A DNA stretch of 64,000 nt from assembly GCA_013115125.1 (NCBI GenBank), contig JABANN010000047.1, positions 1 through 64,000 of the forward strand. The letters are read 5' to 3'. Of this stretch, positions 39,531 through 53,859 are shown piece by piece (the stretch's first letter is position 1; every line of letters begins with the position of its first letter). The position numbers and the translations under genes were made by a program. The stretch comes from Perkinsus olseni (Eukaryota). The notes beneath the pieces were generated by a model. That model saw only the letters and a list, made by a program, of their open reading frames with translations. It did not search any database and was not told the origin of the DNA.

Positions 39531-39799
39531 ATGGAAACAACTGCGTACGAGGAGACCTCTAGAGAACCCGCGAACGCTGAGCGGTTTTCGGCTCTCGCGG
39601 TACCGTACCGCCGGTACTACAACTCGAAGCGGTCTTTCATTCATCTTTGGAAACGGAAACATAACCGTTCATGGCCATACAGCGCTCGATGAGGGATCAT
39701 CAGGAAGGGCACTAGCTTCATGCGAGTATCCATACTACAGCGAGTCCTCTCGGGCGTGGCATCCGTAGGCCACCATCTTCCCTCCTCAAAAACAGTAGA

Positions 39800-41294
39800 C
39801 CAATACGGTCGATACTCAGGTTATGGATGACGGCAACGACCGACGGTGGGCACCTGAGGGTGAGAAAATTCAACGTCTTCTAGACCCCTTCGAACCATAT
39901 TTCGACTGCTCAATCCTCGCTGTCACGTTCCACCATCTACTTCCACCATCTATCGTGCTGCTCATTTCAAAAGGCTCATTTAGGAAACACAAGCTGTAGT
40001 GACTTTCAACTATGAGAACGAAAAAGTGCTACGTGTCACAGACTGTGACACATGGACGATTGGACGATTTTTACGGGGGCCCCGTAAAAATCGTCCATTT
40101 AAGGCTTGCGCAGGAATTTTGGGCGAACGAGATTGATCCGTAAGAATTTGACAAAATCCGCGAAGAAAAAACGAATATACCCTCACTCAGTGAAGCTCAC
40201 TGACATCTTCGGATCGAGTTCCTGCTAGTATGCCTGTTCCGCTATTGGGTACTGCAGTACCCAATAGCGGTATCGATGCTACCGAATCTCCAATCTGCAC
40301 GCAACTGAACCCGTCTTCTTAATAATCACTAGCTCGCTCTTATAAGACTCACTTCAGGTAGCCATCACACGCACTCTTGTGTCCACCCATCAGATCCCCG
40401 GAATTTACCGACTGATGGAGAAATCCCTTCGAACTGAGAGAGAAGAATTATGATCCCGCACGAATTCCACTTGAATGAACGAGATCGGTAATTAATCAGG
40501 CTGATTAAATCAGCTTCCGTTCTAAACGAATTCTGAGTTCTCAATACGGATTGACTACTGGTTGGTATAAGTATTAACGACTTGAAGTAAACGCTTATAA
40601 TCGAGGCTACATTTTTGAAAGTGAAGCACGGCCCCCTCAGTTAATCGAGCTGAAAACTGTTATGGTCTTAAGAGATAGATTCAATTTATTAGAGGTGTTT
40701 TTACCACTACTCCGCACAGTCAACGGGTACGAAGATGGTATCGAATTCGGAATTCGGGATTCCAATGGAAGGGCCTCAGTAAGGGCGCCTTACCATTTTC
40801 CGCCTATCCTTTCCTCGCTCCAGGACCGATGCTGATGCCGGCGGGAGCCATTCCACAGCATAAAAACTGATCAACTACCGATGAGATCAGAGCTCCGAGC
40901 TCACCAATAGGGTAGTGCTCAGTCGGCTGACTGAGAGTTGGGCTAGAATTTTGCGGAAGCCTGGTCCCTCGGGGGGCAGCAAAAACCATTGAGAATATGT
41001 CAAACCCCGAGTCGACGTCACCGAACAGCCTTAGACCAGGGAAGCATTACGGCTCATCATAAGCAGCATCCGCACGAGTCAGCCCGAACCAAACCTCGCA
41101 CCTCAATTAAAAGAAGCAATCACGTAGCTAGCATGATGAGTACGTCGTAGCGTCGCTTGTGTCCCGCAAACATTTATCGACTACCGGCTAAGTATATAAA
41201 CAATCTCTTCGCCCAAAGAATCAGGCAGCCCCAGTGAGGTCACTCCACTAGGCCACCATAGTCCAATACGGTCGATACTCAGGTTATGGATGAC
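39800..41294 (+). repeat. Exact 32-bp direct repeat at 39800-39831 and 41263-41294
   Basis: CCAATACGGTCGATACTCAGGTTATGGATGAC occurs twice. Confidence 0.9.
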
Positions 41295-41667
41295 TAGGTC
41301 TTCATGACCTCGACGGCGGTTTAGCAGGCTTCGGAGGCAGCTTGCCCCTCTCAGGAGTACGATCGATGCCTCGAGATACCTATCATATCCTGTATGACGA
41401 TGGCTTACTGCTTATCAAGCAGTGCTCGACTCTCAGGCTGAGACCCAATACGCGACGAGTACGGTGTCACCGTAACGGTGACTCTTGTGGTTCACGATTC
41501 ACGAATTCGCGTCAGATTGATAATTCTCGGAAAGCTCCTAGACATGAAGGGTTCCAGCGAACTCACCTCCGTGCGCCTCGGAATCTCATCATCAGTCGGC
41601 GAGTCGTCAGGTGAGGTGTTGGCACCCGAGCTCGAGCTGTTAGTCTGACGAAGGAGCGAGAAGAAAA

Positions 41668-43381
41668 CTACAAAGAGAATAAGTCGAACGTAACAGCAGT
41701 ACGCACCCGTCCTGCAGAGGACCCTAGCTTTCCCCTATCTGCCGGGTAGACACGGCGCGGCGGACGAGCTGCCCCGCGGCTTGCGGCACTGTCACCAATA
41801 CGGTCGACGGGTGGAGAATACTGTGGCCTTGGTGGGACAGTTGGCAAGGGATCGATGTCCCTCGATGCACGTGCCCCGGGTAGAACAGACATAGCAGGAG
41901 GAATGACTTGCGGCAGGGGCGGGAGACTCTCAGCCGCAACTTGCGGCGACGGCATCTCAGGTACGACACCGACAGATGATGGCACTGGTATCTGGCGCGG
42001 CCTAGGAGGTATGGCAACCATCGGCTGGTTCTGTAGTTCCGGCGAAGACGATGGAGGCGAATACAAAGGCCCATCGTGTCGAACTTCCCCCCAGCATTCG
42101 GCTGGCCTTGATGATTCGGAATCTGTAGTGTTGGCTGACGACTCCGCCGCGCCACCGATATTGAGTGGGATGTTCCCACTACGTCGAGCCGTCCAGATCC
42201 ACTCACAGCCATCTGAAACGCAAAGACGATCTCGTGCGAGCGCTCCTCCTAAGATCCACGCTAGAGCGCCAATACAATTAATGACTGGAACGTACTGTTC
42301 GCCGTGTCTTTCCACCAGTCGTCCCACACTGCGTTCAACTCTTCTCTAGCCCTCGACGTCCCAGAGCCCCTATCCCTTCCCATGTTGCTCGAGCTCACAC
42401 CGACCGTAACTTCACCCCCTCTCGCGATAGCATCAACACGTCTAGTCTCACCCCACCGGCTACCGACACCCCAATCAGCATCCCCCACAGGGCCCGTGGC
42501 CGGGACCACTTTGGCTGTCATCGGCCGTTGTGGGGCCATGCTAGGTACACTCGCCTGGCTGCTGCTCGCCACACTGCCCACAGCCTCTTCCGCCTCGGGC
42601 TCCACTGTCGTTCTAGGTGGCCGTGGAGCGCACGCAAAAGCATCTAATACCGGTCCAGAGATAACAAGTCCAACACCTATGCCCTCACCTACTCTGCCCA
42701 AAAGGACCCTCGACTATCCCCGAGAACGAATAAGAAGCCTCCGGGTACGGACCTGGCATCGCTTCGACCTTCCTGCCGGGCGAAGCGGGCGCCCAGTTGC
42801 CATCGAGACCTGACACGGCATCAAACCAGCTCACGCCGGACCATGAGTCCCACTCTCTTCCTCCATCTGTAATATGGCAGCTAACGCCGCATCATCCCTG
42901 CAGTCCTCTTCCATTGAAGAGGTCTGCGGCGCTGGGAGATCGCGGGCGGTCGGCATCTGCCTCAGTAATACTCGATTCGGCCTGGCAGTAGAACGATACA
43001 TCAGGTTGATGCTGGGTTCAGCGGTCCACCCGAACGACATTTCCACTGCGTAGTCCTACACAACACAAGCTTCGTCACTCTCCCTCTGGCACTCCGGGCA
43101 TCGAACTCCATTCTGGCTCGACCGTTTCATCATAGTATCGATACAACTACGGCAATATGTATGTCCACATCGACCGAGTACCTGCCCAAAAACCACTCCC
43201 CCGCGCTGCTAACCCTGGAGTGTGATCGGAAAGGGATCTTTCTCACAACACTGATTGAACAAGGAATGAAGAGTAAAAGAGGGCTTCCCAAGGGGCCCTC
43301 TCGGCTCACCATTGGCGCGTGCGTGCCGCCGTCATAGACATCGAAGCAGATCGCGCATGTCTCTCCGTCCAAGTCAACCAT
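41668..43381 (-). CDS. N-terminal RING zinc-finger protein with low-complexity tail (multi-exon; 3' end approximate)
   Basis: CAICFDVY...PM | VLGRCGHTYCRSCI...CPEC across a GT-AG intron. Confidence 0.8.
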
Positions 43382-43657
43382 CACACAGACAAGTACAAAC
43401 TGAGACTTCTGCCTCGGCTACCCACCCTCCCAACCCAGGGCGGCGCTAGAGGAAACGGATCACAGTAATAACACCCATGCTGCTGTTAGTACAATCAATC
43501 AACTTATCGCCACGTGAACCCAGCCTGCTGATAAGACAGGGCCTGCCTACTGTCAGATATCTGACAAGCTCGCCCTGAATTCCTCGCCTCCAACTCCGCC
43601 AAAGTCGGTGGCCGGGACTTTGGTTTCGGAGGAGGTCTCCGCTGTCCACCAGCAACT

Positions 43658-46047
43658 TCACCGGACGGGACTGGCGGCGGCTGCCATACACAAGGCAATC
43701 ACTGCAGCTGTCACGACCTCTCTTACCGGAGGTAGGCCTTGCCAAATGGCCGCTGTTGGCGCTCCAGAGTCCCACTTAATCCCTCCCGTCCGACCCACGT
43801 TTGATGCCGCCCCTCCTCCTCCCCGCGACTCCTTCTTGCCGAAGTCCCAGTACCGACTCCTTGGGCTCAAAACAGCGGATGGCTTGTCCTTCTCCGCCCA
43901 TCCGGACTTCCACTCGCCTTTGCATTCCACCGGTATCGGGATCCTCTTCGGCAGCTGCACAGACTCCGGAAGACTCAGTGGCATCGGAATTCTGCTGGGC
44001 AGCGGCGGCGTCTCCGGAGACGCTCCTCCCTCTTCTTCTTGCTGCTGTTGGTCGTCCTCCTCCACCGAAGAGCATTGGCCAATGTTCATAGGGATGTTGC
44101 CGCTCTTCTTAGCCGCCTCTAGCCAACTCACTCCACCTGGCCAAGTTGACTCCGCATCGAATAGAGCTAGAAGAGCCGTCTATGATGCAAAAGATGACGA
44201 GATGTCACGGTATCATACAATAAGCACGCAATGCATGCCCTCTTTCTAACTGTAGCGAGGCCCTCAACCTACTGTCAGTATCGGCTCCTCCCGACGACCA
44301 CCACGGGTTGGTCCACCCATTGTCCGTACGGGGCGCCGACCTCCCGTTACCTGCCGTTGATGGCGGCGCACCTTCTGTCGAACCTACAACACGGAGGGAG
44401 GACACCCCGGCTTGAACCCGACCCGACCCCCTACCCGCACTCCTCCAGGGGTCACTCCAAGACCCGCCGCCGCCTCGACGGCTGTTCGGGCTAGTCTGGG
44501 GCTCAGGAGACGACCTGGACAACGGAAGGACCGCTGGAGCCCGCAAACTAGATCAGAAGACCCAACTCTGCTTCTCCCTGCCGTCGGGGATTGCGCTGAG
44601 TTGGAAACGTACCTAAGAGAAGAGTGGGCCGCTAGACTCAAATTCAACCCTGCTAAGAGCAGTGGCGAGATCCTGAGTGAGAGAACTGCTCAAATACTGG
44701 GCGTTGAATACTGAACCGCGAGTACGCTGTTGATCGGCTATCTCTAGTCCTCGCTGACCAACATCCCCTACTGTATCAGAGATCAGCCTCACAATAGGAA
44801 GGGCTGGTATTAATAAGAGTGGAAAAAAGAAGGAAAAAGGGCGTTCCTAGGGCGTCTATCATCGCCAGTTGACGAGGAGGATTATCGACTGTGGGCAGAC
44901 TTTCAGTTTACTCGTCCAAGCACGGAGAGAACGAGAAGCGTGGTGAGTAGTACTACACCGGCCGAATGGTCCCTCCTCCAACCCCATAGGCTGCGGCTCC
45001 TGTCTCGTATACATCTCCCAACCCTGTCTGCCTTGCCCCGTAGCCGCTTCTGCTGGCGATGATAATGGCGCTGCAGTGGTCGGCGCGGATGTGACTGCAG
45101 AGAACCGAAGGAAATCCACTAAAGCCCTCAACCACTCTCTCTGTCTATTCTAAGCTTGAATGGTTCACGAGACTCTACCGTTCCTCGCGGCGTACACAGC
45201 GCTCCCTACCAGAGAGCGTCAAAGAAATCCGCCGCTCACTTCCGCAGGGCTACTAACCACCCTACTCAGCCTCAACGACCATTCTAAGCAGAAATGGGCA
45301 TCTGTGGCCTCTTCCTCCCGGTGTACACCGGTGAACTCTCCCTGCCAACGGTCCAGCCCATCCTACCCGCACTCTCTCGACGGTCCTCAACTGTCGGGGT
45401 GTAAGCTTCCGTCAGATTCGCCGTTCTCTGCCGTTCCGGGAACAGGTTGCCGATGAGTACACGATTGGGTCTGACGAAGTGATAACATACAGACGATCTT
45501 GCTGAACTTGCTCTATGTTGCATTTCCTCAGTTGGATATGCGACCCACAACGCAGCCGCCCTCGTCCATTCATCCAAGTGCGTGCAGAATTAGTGATTAG
45601 ATTTCTATGCTACACTAACACTTGCAACCTGTTCGCACCAACCGCACTACTAGCCAGATAAGTCTAACATCACAGTGATTTTATCACCGCAGCAAACGCT
45701 GAGACCAATACCAAATTTCGCCTAAATCTATACCGCTTCTCCGCATTTTTCACAACCACCGAGGCAATTCAGCGGCCCGACCTACTTGATGCACATCGGG
45801 TCCGACCAAACCCGACACTCCGGACACTGGGCGGGGCCGCTGATGGGATCCCACGACCCAACTCGGGATACACAACCAGATTCCACCAACTTGATGATGC
45901 ATTCCCGACAGTACGTATGGCCGCACATACCCAAGGTCTGCAACAGACTCCCATGCCGAAGGTCCCTGGTTCGATCCTCACCATCGGCAACCGATCCTTT
46001 TCATTGAAAGGGAAGCAGCACACATTGCAGGACATCTTTTCGGGCAT
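43658..46047 (-). CDS. Second N-terminal RING zinc-finger protein (multi-exon; 3' end approximate)
   Basis: CNVCCFPF...LPM | TLGMCGHTYCRECI...CPEC; intron at the same position as in the neighbouring gene. Confidence 0.8.
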
Positions 46048-46881
46048 ACTAAAGAGTACGGCCTGCGGCGACAAACAAGCGCCCCACACGCCCATCACCA
46101 CCACGATACGCCCTCCTCCCTACTTCCACCTAGACGAAGATTCTGACACACCAAAAGTCTGTTTACAAGGGGAAGTGACGTGAGGGAAGTAAGCCAACAT
46201 GGTGGGGGCTAGAACCACAGTTGCATCAACAATTTGTTGACAACGAAGCTGAGCGCCTTGTCCTAAAGCGAGATAAAAACGAAGAGGCTAAGACGAGACA
46301 TGAGAGAAAAGAAGAATACTTGAGCCCGGACCCCCCAAGATAAATAAACTAACTCGACGCGACCAAGTACCGGTACCCATGAATATAGTTCCGACCCCGG
46401 AGTCCGTGGCCCGGACGCACAATCGCAGTGGAAGTGATACCTTGCAGGGTCGCCAACACTGGGTGACACCCAAGTGACGTGACGTGGCAAAACGGTGCGC
46501 TGATACTCACTGATGCCCACCCACTAAAAACGCTGAGGCGGTCGAGAATATACGGCGAACCCGAGTTCACTGAACCTTCAGGCTTCTCGACACCATCGAT
46601 AGATGAGGACTCAACTTTCTTACAAAGTCTCACACAACCCTTCTGCGTCCGCCGTCCTAAATGACTCCAGTTTCCGCCAGAAGAACCCCCGGAATTCCGC
46701 TGGGCTGTCCAAGGTTGATCATTGCTCATCGCAAGTCAGCGAACGACGGTCGTGAAGAGGCCATCATCAGTAGTAAGAAAGCAACCCATTCCCCGGGCCC
46801 CAGCGAGGGAGTTCCCTTTAGGCGCCCCTATGACGATGACGCGCTATCAAAGATCATTGAGGAGCACAAGTCGAAAGCATA

Positions 46882-47985
46882 TTACTTTTCCGAGAAACAG
46901 CAGCAACCACCATTAACATCAATTATGATATCCACCGTATACCATCCAACCTCCTTAGAAGAATCTTGGAATCCAAAACCTTCGCTGTGCGCAATACCCG
47001 CCAAAGATTCCATCACTGCATTCTCCATCGCACTCGTCTCAACCTCCCCCCTCTCACAATGATATCTTCCCAGCGTATCTTTCACCCGTTCGAGCTCGCG
47101 TATCGTAAGTCGACCTATAACCTCAGGATACTCCGCAAGAAGCGCCGCTAGCTGCCGAGCATACGATGCTGTCGGCCTCCGCTTCGAGTGCTCGAGGGAG
47201 CATCGGACCACCGAAATTACAATTTTTTCATCAGAATTTCCTCCACCATAGGACAGGGCCGTAATGATGTTATTAACATCCACTGAACTCATGCTAACTT
47301 CGCTCCGCTCGCAACATTCCACTGCATGCTTCATTACCCTCACGTCACACTCCCACTGGAGAGTAGCGCACGCCCAGATGATCGATGAGGATTCCCTTAC
47401 GATCAACCTATCCGTATCTTCCAAGCTCGGCAAAGGATTCTTCCCTCCCCTTCTATACCCCACCGAAGCCATCGCATGGGTGAGTACAGCGTACTGTTTC
47501 GCCGTCAACGCCGAAACACGCTCATTAATTTCACCCAAAATTCTATCAAAAACCGTCGAATTAAAGAAGTCTAATTTGGCAAAGGCGGCCGCGAGCGAGC
47601 ATATCCCATCAACTGTTAGCTGCTCGAGCGCGTATCTTTCCATCACCGCCTCTGCCACCCAATTGAGTATCTTATCTTGACGCATGCAGACGGCAGAATA
47701 AGCCACCGCAACCACCTGACCTATCCACATCTGTACGAATCTTGGGTCGTGATTTTCCGCAATCCACTCGCCCACTACTTCCCCCAACGCCGCGTCCACC
47801 CGCCGATGCCTCGAAAGGATATCAAAGGCCTCCACCACAATCGGGAGGGAGTTCCGAAATCTTCGCCGTGCGCAACAGATATCTTCCAACACTCTTCGAG
47901 CGGTCTCCATTTCCAGGAGCAATGATGGATGTTGCAAAGCTGGCAGCGATCGGAGAGGTCGCCGAAGCCGGACGGAGCTCGTCAT
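46882..47985 (-). CDS. Helical-repeat (OPR/HPR-like) protein ending in the start of a RAP-like domain
   Basis: Repeats ICSLAAAFAKLDFFNSTVFDRI, YAVLTHAMASVGY, SSIIWACATLQW; C-terminal EVGWYTVDIII. Confidence 0.65.
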   Translation of the reverse strand: MTSSVRLRRPLRSLPALQHPSLLLEMETARRVLEDICCARRRFRNSLPIVVEAFDILSRHRRVDAALGEVVGEWIAENHDPRFVQMWIGQVVAVAYSAVCMRQDKILNWVAEAVMERYALEQLTVDGICSLAAAFAKLDFFNSTVFDRILGEINERVSALTAKQYAVLTHAMASVGYRRGGKNPLPSLEDTDRLIVRESSSIIWACATLQWECDVRVMKHAVECCERSEVSMSSVDVNNIITALSYGGGNSDEKIVISVVRCSLEHSKRRPTASYARQLAALLAEYPEVIGRLTIRELERVKDTLGRYHCERGEVETSAMENAVMESLAGIAHSEGFGFQDSSKEVGWYTVDIIIDVNGGCCCFSEK

Positions 47986-50699
47986 AGGGTAAGTTGGAAC
48001 TATGAAAAAACTTGCCGGTCTTTCTACATAGTGAGACCCGGTGTATCTTAGGTTGCTCCAAGGACATGATAGAAAAAATGATTCACGCAACCACAGCAAC
48101 TTCCACCACGGGCAACACTCTCGATAAAGCAGCCCTCGCCATGACCTCTCGAGATCTATGACAGCAAGTAACAGTGGTACTCTAAAAACAATAACACAGC
48201 TCATGGGTAGAGCAGCGAGGCCATAGCCCGAGAAGTAGCACCGCAACGCTGGTCCCCTTGGGAGACAGGGTAAGGGGTGGGACGAGCAAATGTGCCTGTG
48301 CCAGGTAGTCTAACCCAACAAGCCTTCCTCATAGCTATCGCCTTGTACGCAAGCTCATGCGGCTGCTGCACACGCCCAAAACACGCCGCTCCGCGAAAAT
48401 CTAAAGAGAAAGTATATTTTCTGAGGAAGAAATCTCGCTCGCCCGGAAACTCGCCGGCATGCCGTGCGGCACGCGCGCGCGTCTATAGGACAGCGAGCCG
48501 CTGTCAGCGACTAAACAGTTTTTCTACGAACCATAGTATAAGGATTGGGGTTTCGGAGGAAAATGCAAAGACTCCTCAGGAAAATGTCGAGGGCGAGCGA
48601 GATTTCTGGCAGTGATCGACCACGAGTCGTGGTCCACATGTGATCGACGAGATTCTCGTCGATCAGAAGAAACAACGCACAAAGTCACGAGAATGACATT
48701 CGGGGAGTAGAGGAGATTTTCACCCCCGCACAACGAAGACGACGATCGGTTGTGCAATGAGCCGTTGGAGCATCTTCCGCACACATGAAGCTAGTGCGAC
48801 ATTCAATCGCTACTAATTATCAACGTATGAATCAATGTATATTGATGTTCGCGGTGAGCACCAGTCAACCATCATCAAGGGTGCGAAAATCAGCTTAAGT
48901 CTGGTGAGCAGCTACCACCGCCTTGTGGTTCGGTTTGTCTGGCAGCTGATCGTGGGCTGCTCTTGCGTTACAGGCTGTTCTTATTAAGACCCTCTTAACG
49001 GTCTCAGACCGTCGGCCTGTGACATATGGACCACACCAGTTCTGCTGTGGGCAACGCAGTCCGCTTTGCCCCGGCTGCCTTGGCCAGTCAGCTGCATGAT
49101 GCAGCCTGCATCTATTTATCCCATCCTCTACGTCATTGGGAATTTCATGCTGAAGGGAATATACTTTGTCCTTAGAAAATTTTCTTCGCTCCCTTTATCG
49201 TATCGCCCTTCTCCTCAAGTGGGAAGACTAATACAGTGCACGTCCGGGGCCCCGAATCAGGGCAATCACCGCGCAGGTTCCCATCATTTTTGAAAAATGA
49301 TTTTTCCGTGCAGCACGTTGAAAAGAGCAGCGAGGTCGTAGTCCGAGGAGTAGCACCCCCAACGTTGGCCTCCCGTCTGAGGTGTGCGCTGTTCCTCCAC
49401 GGTAAGCTGCTCACTCTTTTCTTCAGGCGACGCTAACACAACACTCGTTGGCGATTGAATGTAGTTCGAGCTGAGGAGTTCTGCGAAACCTCCTCATTTA
49501 TCTAACTCTATTCACCTCCGCTGAACGATGAGGTCGAATACGACAAGTAATTTTTAAGAAATGAGTAATAAACCGTTTCCACAATATGAAGCACAAAAAC
49601 GAAATGTGACAGAGAAATAACTACTAAGACCTCCACGAATGATTATCTTGGGAAGATCCTTCATTCTTCTTTCACCAAGCGAACATCGTACAATAGTGAC
49701 CTTCGAAAGGGTACGAAGAAAAAGAAGCAAAGGCGGCTGATCCACAGAAATAAAAAGTATAATGAAACGATGATATAGAAATTCTCGTAGCGAGAACGTG
49801 ATTAATAGAATGGGCACCCGTGCTAAAACACGGCGCATGAATGAAACAAGGAGATGACAACTGGGACTTCTTCTAATAAAAATACGATGATCAATAATGC
49901 CCCTTCAAAAAAGTATAATGAAACAGTGGAATGAAAGTTATCACGGCTCATTCGCGCGAATTGGGGGATATCACAGACGGTCACTGCAGAAGAAAAGTCG
50001 CCTATGATTAGGCCCCTTCCTACGTCACCATCACCATCACAGCCAGCCGCGAGGCGTCGAAGCACTGATCAGCATCACTCGCAGAGGGATACTATGAACC
50101 GCGAAAAAAGGTTGATAATCATGATGAATAAAAGGGAGTAAAGAGTTGGATTGACTGCAGTCAGCCTTCTACAGAGAAAGATATCTCCACCGTGCAAAAG
50201 GTGGCTTCCCCTGTTTCACCAGAGTCTACCATAGAGGAAGTCCTGGAAGAAGGAGCGCTGGATACCCCTAGGGTTGTTGAGATCAGAGTAATGACCGCCA
50301 TCTGTAACCTGAACATGTCGGTTTCATGAAAAACAACACACATAATATCATGGGTTATCGGAATCCTTACCGCAGCAACGGGCGAGTTGTCCGTTGCGGG
50401 CCGCAGCTGCGGGATTCCACCACAATCACTGTGATCACTACTTCTACCATCGAAAAGAATCCGCGTGATTGTATGCAGAAGAAGCTCCGTATATAGAATC
50501 GAGATATAACGATACCCAAAATACATACGCTTATCGAATGGAAATTATCTGCTCTTTCGAGCGGTGTTCACGGCCGTTGTTCACTCGTCTACGTTGCCGA
50601 AAAACAAACGATTTTAAAGAAATTCTTCCAAAGAATCCTATCGATCATGAAATGGCAATGGGTAAGAATTGTGAGGGGTTCTCCGAGTGTTATTCCCGC

Positions 50700-51462
50700 T
50701 GTGGCACCGAACTCCGAGGTTCCAGTGGTGTAGTTCGGGTCTACCACGGAATCCACTGGATTAGCCGCTGGACTCACATTAATAAAGGCAATCTTCGCTC
50801 CAGTAGTGGCGTACTTCAACGCCCTCACCGTTCCCAACACTCCGCCTTTGGGATACTGAAGAGACGAAGGAGGGTAGTGGAAGCAGCACAGACGGGGTAT
50901 CGTGAGGTCACCTTGAGGGTCTTAGGTTGGACAGCTCTCTCCGTAGTTATCTTTACCCTTCAAGCTGGTCATCCAGTTGAGGTTACCAATGGCGTTGGTG
51001 ATGTAGTCATAATTACCCGCAACTACCACTACCTGACGGAATCAGCAGGGAGATGCCGGAGACAGAGAACACCACTCTAGAAATATAGCGTGTGGGTAAT
51101 AGATACTGAATCAAACACACTGAGGATATTCTCAGACTCTAAGCGGTGGATATTCCACCACTCTCCCGCAGTTATTGAAAGCTCCGATGAGCTTAGGGCA
51201 AGACCAGTCAAGTCTGACGTCCGTACTGATACTTGCTGCGCTTTGATACTCTCGCTCGGTGCCCGACGGTGATAGCAAGTAGTTCTTGCCAAGTACATCA
51301 TTTCATCGTCAACTGTCCTGGAGGTTCCTCACGAGTAAAGGATGGCCCTGCGTTACCTCGATCCCTCCATCCAGTAGATCTACGACGAAGCTCGTCGTAT
51401 CGTATGCGGTAAACTTATTGAAAGCCTCTCGGACCTACATCGAGGAGGGGCGACCAATAATG

Positions 51463-51532
<70 letters not shown>

Positions 51533-53859
51533 CATGCCGGCTACTACTTCCGGATTGGACTGTACGAAGGCCTGAGGAACACCCAGCTTAGTGACTCCCA
51601 GCTTAGTCTGAACGTCCCTCCTGTTGAGGAACCCGACAGCCTAACCAACACGATGATGCCGTCGAGAATCCCCACAATAAACGGATGGCAGACACGACTG
51701 ACCGATCCGGGTTGGTCTTGAAGAACTTCCCCTCTTTTCCAGTGGACGCCCGGACGTCGTATCTGCATCATCGAAGTGCTCATCAGTCACTGATGATCAA
51801 TGTGATCGAGAATCAGCTCATCCGATGCGAAAGAGACAATTGTGAGTTCAGAAAGTACTATAGGAAATTGCGCGTGTAGACAGCTAAACTGTGTCAGCTT
51901 CTCGAGAACTAGCGTACCCTACTTCATATCGCAAGTCGGCCCTTTTTTGTCAAAAAAGACTTCCGTGGGAATCGAGCTGGAGACGTCGGTAGTCAGCATA
52001 TCTTTACTAGCACGATTCTTTAAAGCTTACGAATTAACAAGGGGGTATAACACACACAGTGGTTTACGGTGCACACATTCATCGAGCTCCGCCCTTTGGT
52101 CTCCAAGGCCAAGTTTCGACGGCGGGCGGAAGGAGCGTCGCTCGAACGGCAACATGGGCCTTTATCGGAAACCTCAACGTTGAGCAGGTCTAGGTTAACT
52201 TAACCTAGATCGCTGATGTAACTTTTGCATTTACCCATCACTAATGACAGGAATCAACCAACCATACTGCATGCACATACTTCAAGTCCTTCAATCAACT
52301 TTGTTCGGCCCTCATGCAGTATCTCGATGCTCTGCAGTGCCGGGTAGGCACAACTTTTGGTTTTCCGCCTCTGTTTTGTACGAGGCCCACCATTGAATAT
52401 TTGCAGGGAAGTACTCAGACTCGGAACTCGGAAGTGTTTTGCACCTTGGTAGCGTCAGCACAAGCAACTGAAAAAGGAGCAGGAAAAGCAGGAAAACAGC
52501 ATGGGCTCTGAGGGCAGCTGAGCTGCCCCGAAGAGCTGCCGCAGCTCTACTGACATCCGACCCTACCCAGATCAGGAGGCCCGCCCGGACCACCGGAATT
52601 GCACTTGGCGATTTTCGTCTCGCATGTTTTCAAATCTTCGGCCATTTTTTCAAGTCTGAGAGGGATCTGTGGAAAACTGGAAGCACGTAGGCGGGCATTC
52701 CGACTCCTCCGCAGGCAGCAGTCGGCGTTCCTTCGCCATCGTCAAGCAGCCATGGTAACTACCGTGAGAAGAGGAGTGGAAGTAGCGATATAATTTTAAG
52801 CTACAATTACATTGACAACGGTCCGACTACACCATAGCGCATAATCACCCCCTTGAGATTGATCTTCAGCTGAGGCTTCCTCATAATGATAGACCCGAGC
52901 ATGGCGACGACCGAGGCTGCGAACGACGGAAATCAACAATGCGGGTTGTCAATGGACTGCTGCGTCTCCTTATTTCGAAGAGCGCTTTCAGGATTGAAAT
53001 TAACGTGCAAAATCCAACGATCCTGAGAGAGTTGTTCTTGACTTAGGAGACGTAGCAGTCTGTTGAATTATTCAACTTGAAAACCAGCAATGATGAACAA
53101 CGAAAGATACACTCACCGGACGCTGAACTTCCGACCAGGTGAAGGTCCCTGTTCAGATTGCCATGGTCCTTGAACAAGAGCCAGAGGAAATTCGCCCTGC
53201 GAGAACAACAGAGCATACCCCTTACTGCAGTTGAATGTCGGTGACTCACAAATTCACCGCCACCGCCGACAATTTCGATTCGATCGGCCCTTCGCTGAAT
53301 CTAGTTGGCGCCGGGGCGTCGACCCAAATGCTGTTGGCGTCCTCCGTCCAGGAGTATCTTAAGGCTCGTCAAGTACCATGATAATCCCATGAATAGCCCT
53401 ACAGATTCAATAGCTGCGTCTCCCCCTTCGGATCCATCCTGCAGGGTCCAAGCAGGCGAGTTGCCGTACCAATGCTGCTGCTGCTGCCGAGACCACCACC
53501 GATTAAGAGGAAAGTCGGGGACGTCTCCGGGTTCTTGTCAGCTTCGATGATGACATAAAAGTACCGGTAGGGAGGGTCTCCTCCGCCGCAGCCGGGAGAA
53601 AGGTTGCACTCACTTGATGCCACCGCTTAGTTTGATGTACCTGAAGTGCTGAGCCCCTGGGCTGAGGGGGCACAGGACACCTCCGTTTTGTGAACCTCTC
53701 AGCGATGGCTGGGAATCTAAGATTGGCCATAGCACATCTCACGTAGAATGATGATGTGAATTCATCTATGAAAAAAACCCAAGTACTATTTCTATTGTCG
53801 TGATGGGCACTGACCATAGCGAGGAGAAACGCATGGAGCGAGGACAGGATGGTAGGCAT
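50700..53859 (-). pseudogene. S10 serine carboxypeptidase-like gene, multi-exon, probably decayed
   Basis: Signal MPTILSSLHAFLLAMVSA; YFYVIIEADKNP...GGGLGSSS...GPCRM; YSWTEDANSIWVDAPAPTRFSEG; HLVGSSASG; INLKGVIM; YDVR; LLDGGIE | VVVVAGNYDYITNAIGNLNWM; some splice sites look non-canonical. Confidence 0.8.
51464..51532. repeat. (GAT)n microsatellite within an intron
   Basis: Direct reading. Confidence 0.95.

Noticed and set aside
51286-51591. Poly-Met ORF
   Set aside because: Translation of the (GAT)n microsatellite
52188-52208. Single 1-nt-loop hairpins (also near 83, 40033, 54931, 61742, 62300)
   Set aside because: Probably one-sided scars, but the second junction is missing, so they were not counted
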